Both the position numbers and the translations under genes were made by a program. The notes beneath the pieces were generated by a model. The model did no database searches and was not told where the DNA came from. It worked only from the letters and a program-made list of their open reading frames with translations. A DNA stretch of 64,000 nt from Candidatus Hermodarchaeota archaeon. Its GTDB lineage: Archaea > Asgardarchaeota > Hermodarchaeia > Hermodarchaeales > Hermodarchaeaceae. The DNA lies in assembly GCA_016839805.1 (NCBI GenBank), contig JAEOTO010000031.1, positions 160,001 through 224,000 on the forward strand, read 5' to 3'. Shown here one piece after another: positions 48,356 to 57,673 of this stretch (its first letter is position 1; each line of letters begins with the position of its first letter).

Positions 48356-49555
48356 TTATTTCATGAGTTTATCAGGACTTGGAAGCTGTTTAACCTGTTG
48401 TGGTTCTTGTCGGAAGCGCACACCGGGCTCTGTTTCTAATCGCTCAGTGTAAAGGACTTCGCCTTCCACTGTTACATCTCGTTCGATGTAGATTTCACGC
48501 CCATACAGGTTTTTCACCCGAGCCCGTTCCTCCACACGGATGGAATCACCATGAAAGGATTCGCCCCGAGCTTTTTCTTCAACCGTAATTGCATGACCCT
48601 CAACAAAGCCTGAAACTTCACCACCTCTTCCAATTCGAAAGACTTTACTGGATTTTATATGAGTAGCACTAATTGATCCACCGACATCAATCCTTGGTGA
48701 TTCAATTTTTTGACCCGCTCGTAAAGAACCACCCACGTCAATTTCTTCACCCACAAGCAGATCCGTGCCAACAGTAACCGCACCACCAACATCTAATTTC
48801 TCAGACAAAACTAGTGACTGTTCCGCTTTGACAGCGCCTCCAACATCAATTAACTTACCAGTGGCATTTCCTGTGAATTTTGCGGCACCACCAACATTCA
48901 ACATTTCAAAGCTCACATCACCTTCGCCTTTGAATGAGCCACCAACATCAATTGACACAACTTTGGAACCAGGACCAACGACTACAGCTCCACCAACATC
49001 AATACTCCCGATTTCGATTGCGCCTTCCGCTTTAAAGGAACCACCTACATCGACTTTGCCAATGTTGCCCGTGTTGCACTTGACAGCGCCTCCAACCCTG
49101 AGCGTTTTCGCATCAATCTTTTCACCAATTTTCACTGCACCCCCCACATTGATGTCTTCAACTGTTGCATTTCCACGAACCGAGAGAGCCCCACCAATCG
49201 AGACCTTAGTGGCTAGCAAATCCTTACCAACAGAAAGAGCCGCGCCAATATCAAACTTATTAGCGGTAGCCGAACCTTCAACCTCGAGTTTTCCACGTCG
49301 AACATTTACAGATCGATCAATCGAAAGATTTCCACGGATTTCAGTTGTGTTTCGTCCATCAATTTCCAAATAATTAGCCCTAAGGGACCCTTCAATTCTA
49401 GAATCCCCTCGAATCAACATTTCTCCCTCAACAACTATTTCATCACCCTTCTCTGGGAGAATGATTTGACAATTCTTGATTTCCACATCGCCTTTGACGT
49501 GACCTAGCTTGAGTTCGCGTTCATTTTCAAATCGGAGTTTTTCACCCATTTTCAT
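48356..49555 (-). CDS. Bactofilin-like (polymer-forming) beta-helix repeat protein
   Basis: Long run of ~17-aa (D/N)VGG(A/S) repeats. Confidence 0.75.
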   Translation of the reverse strand: MKMGEKLRFENERELKLGHVKGDVEIKNCQIILPEKGDEIVVEGEMLIRGDSRIEGSLRANYLEIDGRNTTEIRGNLSIDRSVNVRRGKLEVEGSATANKFDIGAALSVGKDLLATKVSIGGALSVRGNATVEDINVGGAVKIGEKIDAKTLRVGGAVKCNTGNIGKVDVGGSFKAEGAIEIGSIDVGGAVVVGPGSKVVSIDVGGSFKGEGDVSFEMLNVGGAAKFTGNATGKLIDVGGAVKAEQSLVLSEKLDVGGAVTVGTDLLVGEEIDVGGSLRAGQKIESPRIDVGGSISATHIKSSKVFRIGRGGEVSGFVEGHAITVEEKARGESFHGDSIRVEERARVKNLYGREIYIERDVTVEGEVLYTERLETEPGVRFRQEPQQVKQLPSPDKLMK

Positions 49556-49983
49556 AATGCCTCCGTATTATTCGCTAATGAAATGAAGGCGGGTTCATCT
49601 TTAAAAGACGGACTCACAATTTGGGGTCACATAATGTTACTTTACTCACATTTTGTTAATAGTAAGAAACCCAAAACATGATTCGGGTCTTTGCAGGGGA
49701 AGATTATGCAGTATCAGTTGTCCCATCCAAAGCGCAAGCCCTGCTCTCACGGTATGATTTCCATTCATAGCACTATGAAGTTTGCGCTGACATCGACGAC
49801 TAATTAAATAGTTAGACCGAGGGCGGGCGAATCTGTAATCAATGGGAATTAGAACTTGAAATCATTGAGTTAGTGTTATCGGGTACTATCTTTTTATGGA
49901 GTGGGTTTAGTACATATCTGATTAGGGGAGTCTATAGGGAATCAGCTTTAGACCCTCACTCACTTACGGGAGTTCCCAACACC

Positions 49984-50289
49984 ATGTATTATATGTTCAC
50001 AACCAAGTGTCCACCTCACAAGGCAAAAGAAGTTTTGAAAATCTTTTCCGAAACAAAGGGCCCTGAAACCCCCAAATACGTTAAGCAACACTTTCTGCTC
50101 TCCACACTCGCTAAGAATATCAAATCCTATGCTCTCTTCGAAATCGACAATGACAAAGTCAAGGAAGGCCTAACCTATATCAACGAAATTCTTGCTCCCT
50201 ACTTTGAAATTGAAGGATACAAAGTCACGGTCGAACCCTTATACACAATGGAAGATGCACTAGCGCTTTTCGGATTCAAATCAGGTTGA
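49984..50289 (+). CDS. Small hypothetical protein
   Basis: GGGAG SD before M38 of the ORF; followed by a terminator. Confidence 0.7.
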   Translation: MYYMFTTKCPPHKAKEVLKIFSETKGPETPKYVKQHFLLSTLAKNIKSYALFEIDNDKVKEGLTYINEILAPYFEIEGYKVTVEPLYTMEDALALFGFKSG

Positions 50290-50303
50290 AACCCCAGCTT
50301 ATT

Positions 50304-50346
50304 TGAAGTGATGGCTTTACGGCATCACTTCATTTCCCTTCTTTTT
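50304..50346 (+). terminator. Hairpin plus pyrimidine tract
   Basis: TGAAGTGATG/CATCACTTCA stem then TTTCCCTTCTTTTT. Confidence 0.6.
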
Positions 50347-50466
50347 GGCTATCAACCTGATTTTAGAGTCACAAAATATGACCACTTATATTCTCTAAAA
50401 TTGAAACCTATTTTGAAGGCAGTTGTAGTAGTGTGTGGTCTGTTCTAATCTTCATTCACGTGCCTG

Positions 50467-51996
50467 TTATCCCCGTTTCTTCAAGTATACGATAACTGCG
50501 ATTACCAACACTAATGCGACTACACCTCCACCAATGAGAATTAGTAGAAATGGGAATGGTAGTGGAATCATTGCATCAACTTCATCGGAGGCATCGCCTT
50601 CCCCAATCCCATTCACCGCCCGAACCACATAGTAGTAGGTGATGCCTGCAGTGACGTTTGTATCTGAATATGTTTTGACATCACCCAGCTCGACAAACAG
50701 GCTCAAATCACCTGAGATTGCGCCCCGGTAGACGGTATAGCCAGTGATGGGCGATCCGGCATCAGTGAATGGAACGTCCCAGTTGAGGGTGATTGTTGCA
50801 GTTCCGCTGGTGGCCTGAAGGTTTAGGGGCGCACTGGGGGGATTAGGCTGATAATCGTACGCCCACGTGTCATCGAACGCCGTGGAAGGCCCACCAGTAC
50901 TAAAACCACCGAAGAGGATGGTCCGATCGGATTCTGCATCGTAGGTCATATAAGCCCTGTATCTGGCTGCGGGGTGGATGGCTGAGTTCATGTTGGTCCA
51001 AGTATCCGTGTTGAAATCGTAAGCCCATGTGTCGGAAGTTAATTCGTCTCCCGCTCGATCTATGGCTCCACCGAAGGAGATGACCCGATCCGACTCCCCA
51101 TCATAAGATAGTCCAGTGCTTGCGGTTTGAGGATGGGGACTTGGGCTCATTTGAGTCCAGGTGTTGTGATTGAAATCATACGCCCAGGTTTCATCAAAGA
51201 ATTCTTGATCATGCCACCCTCCCATGATGATCACCTGATCCGACTCCACATCATAGGCCATAGGAGCCTGTTGACGGGGTGACGGGTGCGTCGTGGGATT
51301 CATATTAGTCCAAGTATTCGTATTGTAATGATACGTCCAGGTCTCTGCGTTGTAAATTCCTCCATCAAGATAGCCACCGAAGAGAATGATGCGATCAGAC
51401 TCGCTATCATAGGCGAAGCTAGCTTCCACTCGTCCGGAAGGCATCACAGGGGGAGCCATATTAGTCCAATTGTTCGTGCTCAAGTCATATGCCCAAATTT
51501 CTTGTCTGGTTACAAGGGTGGGTCCCCACCCAGATCTCGCTCCGCCGAAGAGAATGACTCGATCTGACTCCACATCGTAGGCTAGTACGTGTCCACCACG
51601 TCCAGGGGGCAAAGTCGACGGAGACATATTGGTCCACGTGTTCGTATTGAAATGATAGGTCCATGTATCATTGTAAAACAAATCCGCCCGTTCGGAGTTG
51701 TTCGTCCAGCCACTGAAGAGAATAACTCGATCCGATTGACTAACATACACTAAAGGAGAATTGACACGAGGGAGAGGGGCTGTGGCGGGGTCCATATTGG
51801 TCCAATCCGTCTCCCCTTGAAGCAAGGAACCAGTGACCTGCGAAGCTTTTTCATTTTTTGTAAGGTTGGCGATCAAAGGCTGAGAAACCTGCATTCCAAC
51901 AGTAATCGGGTTTGATCCCTGAACATTGATGACCATGAGAAACGTGAGAAGGAGTAAAACCACCAAAACGCTATACGATTTGTGAACCCGTTTCAT
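50467..51996 (-). CDS. Secreted Kelch-repeat beta-propeller plus FN3 plus TM anchor
   Basis: Six YDxESDRxILFGG...TWxYxxxxNxW repeats; PSAPLNL..W..P..GY.VYR..YYYVVRAVN. Confidence 0.9.
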   Translation of the reverse strand: MKRVHKSYSVLVVLLLLTFLMVINVQGSNPITVGMQVSQPLIANLTKNEKASQVTGSLLQGETDWTNMDPATAPLPRVNSPLVYVSQSDRVILFSGWTNNSERADLFYNDTWTYHFNTNTWTNMSPSTLPPGRGGHVLAYDVESDRVILFGGARSGWGPTLVTRQEIWAYDLSTNNWTNMAPPVMPSGRVEASFAYDSESDRIILFGGYLDGGIYNAETWTYHYNTNTWTNMNPTTHPSPRQQAPMAYDVESDQVIIMGGWHDQEFFDETWAYDFNHNTWTQMSPSPHPQTASTGLSYDGESDRVISFGGAIDRAGDELTSDTWAYDFNTDTWTNMNSAIHPAARYRAYMTYDAESDRTILFGGFSTGGPSTAFDDTWAYDYQPNPPSAPLNLQATSGTATITLNWDVPFTDAGSPITGYTVYRGAISGDLSLFVELGDVKTYSDTNVTAGITYYYVVRAVNGIGEGDASDEVDAMIPLPFPFLLILIGGGVVALVLVIAVIVYLKKRG

Positions 51997-52351
51997 CTTT
52001 GAACCTCCATTGGTAATAAAACGATCAAAAAAAGATGATCGAAAATCCCTCAATTGAATAAATTCAATATTGGACTACCCACGATAATAAACTTAACTAC
52101 GCCAGTCTCATTATAAGAGAGATGGAAATTTCTTGTAAATAAAACTAAAAAAGATAGATTTAGTTCTAGATTCTTCTGTTGAAAGAATTTTCAATTAACA
52201 GTGTGAGTAAAGGCTATTTTTGAGGCTCACATAATTTAACTATTCACAGAGCGGGAAAATCAGACTCTTACCTTATTAAGATGCATTCAAAAAGGAAATC
52301 TTTAACGTTAGGTATATGACTTGTAGTTTGTTTCTAAATCCTCTATGAGGG

Positions 52352-52837
52352 ATGGAATTGTCATATAAGCAGCCACCTCATCTCAATGATCAGGAAATGC
52401 AAGCCTTCTTTCAAATCGCTAAAACTGCCCGATTATGTAGTATTAATAAAAACGGGACCATCCATGCGGTTCCGGTTTGGTTCAAGTTTGAACAAGACCA
52501 ATTTGTAATTGCAGCACCAGAAAAAAGCCAAAAAGTTCGGAATATCCTCCGAAACAACAATGTCACGTTGTTGGTTGATGTTGAGGGGCCACCTACTCGT
52601 GGCGTCATTGTATACGGACGAGCGCATGTTAGTTTTGACAAATGGGACGATGAAGCAGTTGATTTACTCTCGAGATACTTCTCACGAGAACAAGCAGAAA
52701 AAACAACGAAAGGTCTCCAGACTATTGCCAATTGGGTAAAAATCACTATCACTCCTAACCGATTCGCATCCTTCGACTATGAAAAAGATGACGAGTACTG
52801 GAAAGCCGCAAGATACGTTCCAGGCCAATCAGGATGA
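52352..52837 (+). CDS. Pyridoxamine 5'-phosphate oxidase-like (PPOX class) protein
   Basis: ARL...NG..HAVPVWF, KVRNI..N.NVTLLVD. Confidence 0.85.
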   Translation: MELSYKQPPHLNDQEMQAFFQIAKTARLCSINKNGTIHAVPVWFKFEQDQFVIAAPEKSQKVRNILRNNNVTLLVDVEGPPTRGVIVYGRAHVSFDKWDDEAVDLLSRYFSREQAEKTTKGLQTIANWVKITITPNRFASFDYEKDDEYWKAARYVPGQSG

Positions 52838-52917
52838 ATCCAATTAAAATAATCTCCTATCCAATATTTGGACTTAGACTATATGAGTACACTCTAAGTT
52901 GGGGTCACATAAAGCGA

Positions 52918-53514
52918 CTACTTTCTTGCGAATATCCAGTAGTGGGTTTCGCCCCCGCGTTCAAGCACCTCATCGCGGATGATTTCAAAGCCGGCTTGTT
53001 TAACTAAAGCGAGTGATGTTTCTTTTCGGGGATGACTCCAGAACATGGGTGTTCCCATATAGTCCTCAATAGCTTCCCATGCGTCTGGACCAGTAGAGAA
53101 GAAGAGGATCCCTCCTGGTTTCAGAACTCGGTAAAAATTCTGGTAGATGGTTGCATGTTTCTCTTTTGGCACATGAATTATTGCGTAGGTGGATACGACG
53201 CCATCAAAGGAGTTAGCGGGGAATGTCAGTTGGGTCATATCGCCTTCCAAGAATTCGGCTCCAGGAACATGTTGACGGGCGAGGTTTATCATGCTCGTTG
53301 AAATATCAATGCCGGTGACAGAGTATCCACGGTCTACCAAAAACTTCCCGACAGGTACACCTGCTCCGCATCCGGCATCTAATATTCGAGCTCCCTTAGG
53401 GAGGAGCGAGATGAAAAACTCTAATTCCATTTCGTTCTTAAACTGGTCCCTTGATGCGTTATATTTTGCAGCAATTTTGTTGTAACCCTTTCTGACGATA
53501 TCATCTTGTTTCAT
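52918..53514 (-). CDS. Class I SAM-dependent methyltransferase
   Basis: ILDAGCGAG, YAIIHVP, LKPGG. Confidence 0.9.
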   Translation of the reverse strand: MKQDDIVRKGYNKIAAKYNASRDQFKNEMELEFFISLLPKGARILDAGCGAGVPVGKFLVDRGYSVTGIDISTSMINLARQHVPGAEFLEGDMTQLTFPANSFDGVVSTYAIIHVPKEKHATIYQNFYRVLKPGGILFFSTGPDAWEAIEDYMGTPMFWSHPRKETSLALVKQAGFEIIRDEVLERGGETHYWIFARK

Positions 53515-53526
53515 GCAGAACTCGCC

Positions 53527-54483
53527 TCAATCAGAAGCTAGCAGGAAATGGGTAATCATAATTCCAGCATATACTCCCGTGCCAACTGCCGTAGCAACTG
53601 TTTGGGTCATAGGTCGAACATCGCCTGCAACCCAAACGCCTTCAACATTTGTGCCACCTTGATTATCTGTAATAATGTTTCCTTGATCATCGACTTCAAT
53701 TCCTAGTTGGACTGCTAGCTCACTGCGTGGGATGCCGATCCATGCAACAAAGAAGGTATTGCATTCGAGGGTTTGTCCATCCGCGGTTAGAAGTTGTTGC
53801 CTTTTGCCAGGTTCTAATATCTTGATTTCTTTGATAAGACCGTGCGTCCATTCAAATCCAGATTGTTTCAGAATGGTTTCTGATTCTTTCGTAAAGGGAG
53901 CGTAACTGTCTTCAGTCATGAAGATATGAATTCTCTTAGCAAAGGGTTTGATACACCGTGCGACATGCAGGGCACTTTTCACGGTTCCCGCATTGACAAT
54001 GACGACATCCCTTCCTGCGACTTGTGGGCTATCACAATCCGGACAATAATAGCTCATGTGATTTTTTGCAGCATACGGTAACCATTTTTTCCAGTCACCA
54101 TTGACCTTAGGATGTTTGCGAGAAATCCCTGTTGCTAAGACCAAGGTTTTTGCAGTGAAAAAAGTAGGTGTCGGTTTCCTAGATTTTACATGAACCTGGA
54201 AGTTAGGAGTCTGTCCTTCTAGTTTGATTACATTTCCAAAGAGGGTCTCTACATTAAATTCGCGGAGTTCTTTTCGCATTTTCCGAAGTATCTTGTTGGG
54301 GGCAGTGAGGGGTTTGATTCCTGGATAATTATGAACAGGCGTATTAGCAAATTGCATTGGAGATGTTTTCCGGTCAATGACTAAGACTCTCAGTCGGTGG
54401 AATCCGAGATGCATTGCTGTGGCGATTCCTGCGGGTCCGCCTCCAACAACGACGGTATCATAGTGGGTTGATTTGTTCTTCAT
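53527..54483 (-). CDS. Thioredoxin-reductase-like FAD oxidoreductase
   Basis: GGGPAG, LATG, YCPDCD, T.VEGVWVAGD. Confidence 0.85.
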   Translation of the reverse strand: MKNKSTHYDTVVVGGGPAGIATAMHLGFHRLRVLVIDRKTSPMQFANTPVHNYPGIKPLTAPNKILRKMRKELREFNVETLFGNVIKLEGQTPNFQVHVKSRKPTPTFFTAKTLVLATGISRKHPKVNGDWKKWLPYAAKNHMSYYCPDCDSPQVAGRDVVIVNAGTVKSALHVARCIKPFAKRIHIFMTEDSYAPFTKESETILKQSGFEWTHGLIKEIKILEPGKRQQLLTADGQTLECNTFFVAWIGIPRSELAVQLGIEVDDQGNIITDNQGGTNVEGVWVAGDVRPMTQTVATAVGTGVYAGIMITHFLLASD

Positions 54484-54558
54484 TGCTAACCCTCTGATTT
54501 TTCTAGGGGACTCACCACTCTTTGAGTGTAAAAATGATAGCTTTTCATGAGAAGTGCC

Positions 54559-55067
54559 TTAGAAGATCCAGACTAGAGCGGCAAGGATTAGGCTAAGTAT
54601 AATTATCAGAAGTAAGCCTTTGATGTGACCTTTTGCATGATATTTTCGAAAGTCTTTGTACTCCTTCTCGCGCATGTGTTCGGTTCCATGAAGAATGACA
54701 AAGTCGGGAGTAAGAGTGCCTACAATCAAAAAGTCTAATATGATGTAATCAGCGAGAAAACCGAACATGCGAATTACAAAGATCGAGAGGAATGCATCCA
54801 GAAGGGAGATGACTCCACCATTCAGGTTTTAAGAAAATAAGTTGTTGCAAGCGGGTAGCCAATTCCGATAACAAGAAAGAGGATGTATACGATTCGGGCT
54901 TGCCGTTTTTCGGCGTCAGTTTGGGGGGGAACATGGTCCGTGATTTCAGGAGGATAATCACTCATCGCCCATACACGGGGACTCAACCCCCTCATAATGG
55001 CGAATGGATATAGGGTGAAGATAATCGCAAAAATCGTTGCATGAATCAAAATTTAGGAAAGCAACAT
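54559..55067 (-). pseudogene. Disrupted membrane-protein gene
   Basis: GGAGG SD, ATG TTG CTT TCC TAA (in-frame stop 55053-55055), then a frameshift near 54825 joining ORFs 54822..55049 and 54559..54768. Confidence 0.7.
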
Positions 55068-55088
55068 CAGGATTTCACTCCTCCGTCG

Positions 55089-55391
55089 CTAGAACGGCGT
55101 GACGGGTTCTGGCATGGGCATCCCAACAAAGCTAATCATACGTTTATACATTTCCAGATATTGTCGACCCCGAACGGTTACACGGAATTGCCGGCGGCCA
55201 TCCTCTTCTACAGCCTCTATAAGGCCACGTTCCTCAAGAAACGCAAGCGTTGTCTTCGCTCGGTCCACTGGTAGATTCGTTGAACGAGCAGCTCGTGTGA
55301 GTGGACAGTAACCATGAATGATAATAATCCGGATGAGCATTGCGTAGATATCATAGCGCGTTCGTTTATGGATAGGACCTTCTTGAGCCAT
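55089..55391 (-). CDS. Small archaeal wHTH protein
   Basis: KRTRYDIYA.L, T....STNL, L.E.GLI, VT.RG..YL. Confidence 0.85.
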   Translation of the reverse strand: MAQEGPIHKRTRYDIYAMLIRIIIIHGYCPLTRAARSTNLPVDRAKTTLAFLEERGLIEAVEEDGRRQFRVTVRGRQYLEMYKRMISFVGMPMPEPVTPF

Positions 55392-55574
55392 ACTTGATCA
55401 CCAGATTCCAAGCACCGTGTACTAGTAGAGCGCTGTTTCTATAAAAAAAGCGTACGAATTTCGCTTTTTGCAGGCGTAATAAGGTCGAATCCCAGTTGTC
55501 GAAAAGGTTTTTCTAGGGTTGCTCCGAAAGGGTCGAATACAACCTCACAACACCAACATTCTGAGGCAACCCAC

Positions 55575-55982
55575 ATGGGAAAACGTATAGAAGAAATCAC
55601 CCAGCTCCTCGATGAACTCGAAGTCAAATACGAACTCAAAGACGAAACCGTTGTCGCCCTCTGGAAAACTGACAAATGGGAAAACCTCGTCGTCAACTTC
55701 ATCTTCTCCCCAAACGAAATCTGGCTAACGATAGTGGGATGGCGTAAATTCCCCCAACTCTCTGATACTGATGCCACAAATTTCTACAAGAAACTACTCC
55801 AGGAAAGCTGGAACTATAATGGTACAAAGTTCTGTTTAGATCCTGATGGTGACCTTGCTGTTGTCGTGGAGACGGCGGATATGGATTTAACTAGGGATGA
55901 GCTTTCTCGGTATATTCGTCAGGTGCTGAATGCCGCTGATGAGATGCATGATTTCGTTTCATCTGAAGCCTGGAAAGAGTAG
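55575..55982 (+). CDS. YbjN/CesT-like chaperone-fold protein
   Basis: YKKLL...W....KF.LD.DGDL pattern. Confidence 0.65.
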   Translation: MGKRIEEITQLLDELEVKYELKDETVVALWKTDKWENLVVNFIFSPNEIWLTIVGWRKFPQLSDTDATNFYKKLLQESWNYNGTKFCLDPDGDLAVVVETADMDLTRDELSRYIRQVLNAADEMHDFVSSEAWKE

Positions 55983-56034
55983 AGAAAAAGTTTGGATTGA
56001 AATATTGTTTACCCTTGGCAAAGCCAGTTTAATT

Positions 56035-56589
56035 TTACTTTGATTTCATTCCTCGGTCGAGGTTTAATCCAAGTGTTTTCAAGACATCTGCGACTTTAAC
56101 GAGAGTGTTGACGCAGCCGTCGCGGAGAAGGAGAATAGCACGCCCTACGACACCGAGTTTTTGGAGTAAGAGTCCTCCGAGAAGAGCTTCTTTTTCACAG
56201 GCGATGCCGAGGATGGCGTGGGGTTGGCTGAAATCGATGATTTTTTGGACCATGGTGCCTCCTGGTAGGATGTAGACGCCTTTGTAACCGAGGTGTTGGG
56301 CGGCTTTGGTGATTTGGTTGACTTGACAGTCGGGATTGCAGTGTTGGCAGAGGTAACCATATTCACCGAGGGGAGCTTTACAATCGGATTTGCGGAGGCA
56401 TTGGGGAACAAAAACTATCCGTTCTTCAATGGGAGTTGCTTGGAATTCTTTGTGGTTGAAGTTGTTCATCTTCTGGATGTATGCTTGGATTACTTCCTTT
56501 TCGGTGCAGCCATTTTCTTCGGCTTCTCGTTTTATTTGAGTAAATACTTCAAGTTCAAGGGACGAATCGACCATGAGGAGGAGCTCCAA
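56035..56589 (-). CDS. DUF116 domain protein
   Basis: PQCLR...C.......C..C...C, PGG, GIACEKE, L..DGCVNT. Confidence 0.85.
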   Translation of the reverse strand: MELLLMVDSSLELEVFTQIKREAEENGCTEKEVIQAYIQKMNNFNHKEFQATPIEERIVFVPQCLRKSDCKAPLGEYGYLCQHCNPDCQVNQITKAAQHLGYKGVYILPGGTMVQKIIDFSQPHAILGIACEKEALLGGLLLQKLGVVGRAILLLRDGCVNTLVKVADVLKTLGLNLDRGMKSK

Positions 56590-56677
56590 GGGAGAGGGGA
56601 AAGTTTTGAGGGAAATATGTCATTGTTTAGCGTACCTATATATGTATCAGAAGAGCCAGTGATTTCACTTACAGAAA

Positions 56678-57598
56678 GTGTGTAGAATGGATGCTGAAAA
56701 GACTGGCACCATCTTCATTCTCGTTGGCCTCTTTGTCTATGGCATTCACCCAGTAGTAGTGGAATTTGGCGGGTCCCTTATGGCTCCACTGCTTTTTGCC
56801 TCCATAGCCGCTTTAATTGCTGGTATAGTGGCGTTAATTGTGGCGTTGAAAGCTAATTCATCATTCATGAAGGAGATTCCTCGGTCTGATCAGCTGCGCC
56901 TTATTATGGCTGGCGTTCTAGGCACTTTTTTGGCATTTACGTGTTTGTTTCTTGGATTACAATTTACGAGTAGTAATAATGCGGCAGTGATATTACGAGC
57001 AGAATTAGCTTTTGCGTTACTCTTTGGCTACCTCTTTCTCGGTGAAACGATATCGTGGCGTCAAGCCGGAGCAATGATGTTGATGCTCATCGGTGTTTTA
57101 CTGGTTGTTACAACCACCCAGTTAATTACTGTGGGAATTGGCGATTTTCTTCTCCTCATCACACCTATAGCCTGGGCAGCAGGGCATACCTTCGCCAAAC
57201 CCACTCTGAAACACATTGCACCCTGTACCGTCGTTGCCTACCGTAATTTGGTTGGTGGTGCTCTACTCCTTTCATTAGCTGCAGGCTTCATTTGGATAGG
57301 AGCCCCACCTATATTGACGCCTAATATCCTTGTTATACTCGGTATCATCATCGTTGAGGCAATTGTCATTCTGCTAGCTCACAGCCTTTGGTACGCTGGG
57401 ATAAGTCGCATTAATCTCGGGAAAGCAACAGCCCTTATTGCACCAGCGCCATTAGTCACCTTTCTCATATCTGCCCTCGTCTTTCGAATTCTCCCCACAC
57501 CATGGCAACTTATTGGTGCGGCTCTCGTTATTCTGGCGACCACATTATTGAGTCGAGAAGTAAGTTTACGTCGCCCAACTGAACCAGAACCCCTCTGA
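56678..57598 (+). CDS. DMT/EamA transporter
   Basis: Ten TM helices, FLGETISW, GDFLLL. Confidence 0.88.
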   Translation: MCRMDAEKTGTIFILVGLFVYGIHPVVVEFGGSLMAPLLFASIAALIAGIVALIVALKANSSFMKEIPRSDQLRLIMAGVLGTFLAFTCLFLGLQFTSSNNAAVILRAELAFALLFGYLFLGETISWRQAGAMMLMLIGVLLVVTTTQLITVGIGDFLLLITPIAWAAGHTFAKPTLKHIAPCTVVAYRNLVGGALLLSLAAGFIWIGAPPILTPNILVILGIIIVEAIVILLAHSLWYAGISRINLGKATALIAPAPLVTFLISALVFRILPTPWQLIGAALVILATTLLSREVSLRRPTEPEPL

Positions 57599-57673
57599 AT
57601 TAGATTTCAATAATGAATTTGTCATAACAATTACCTCTTTAAACCAAGAGGTTGAAAAAGAGGCATTTCTGAA

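Larger units (their letters stand above)
49621..52920 (+). repeat. Four intergenic copies of a TTGGGGTCACATAA-N4-AC-like motif
   Basis: Copies at 49621, 50363, 52221, 52899; first and last identical over 14 bp. Confidence 0.55.

Noticed and set aside
48765-49373. 202-aa Pro/Thr-rich + strand ORF and other long antisense ORFs (e.g. 32544..33041, 62004..62579, 39171..39413)
   Set aside because: Shadow ORFs fully overlapping well-supported genes; their composition is explained by the overlapping genes.
49621-52920. CRISPR array or canonical integron attC sites
   Set aside because: Spacing is 0.7-1.9 kb with whole genes between copies; no paired AAC/GTT attC boxes, no cas or intI gene.
54800-54840. 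Programmed ribosomal frameshift
   Set aside because: No slippery heptamer, and an additional premature stop near the start indicates decay.
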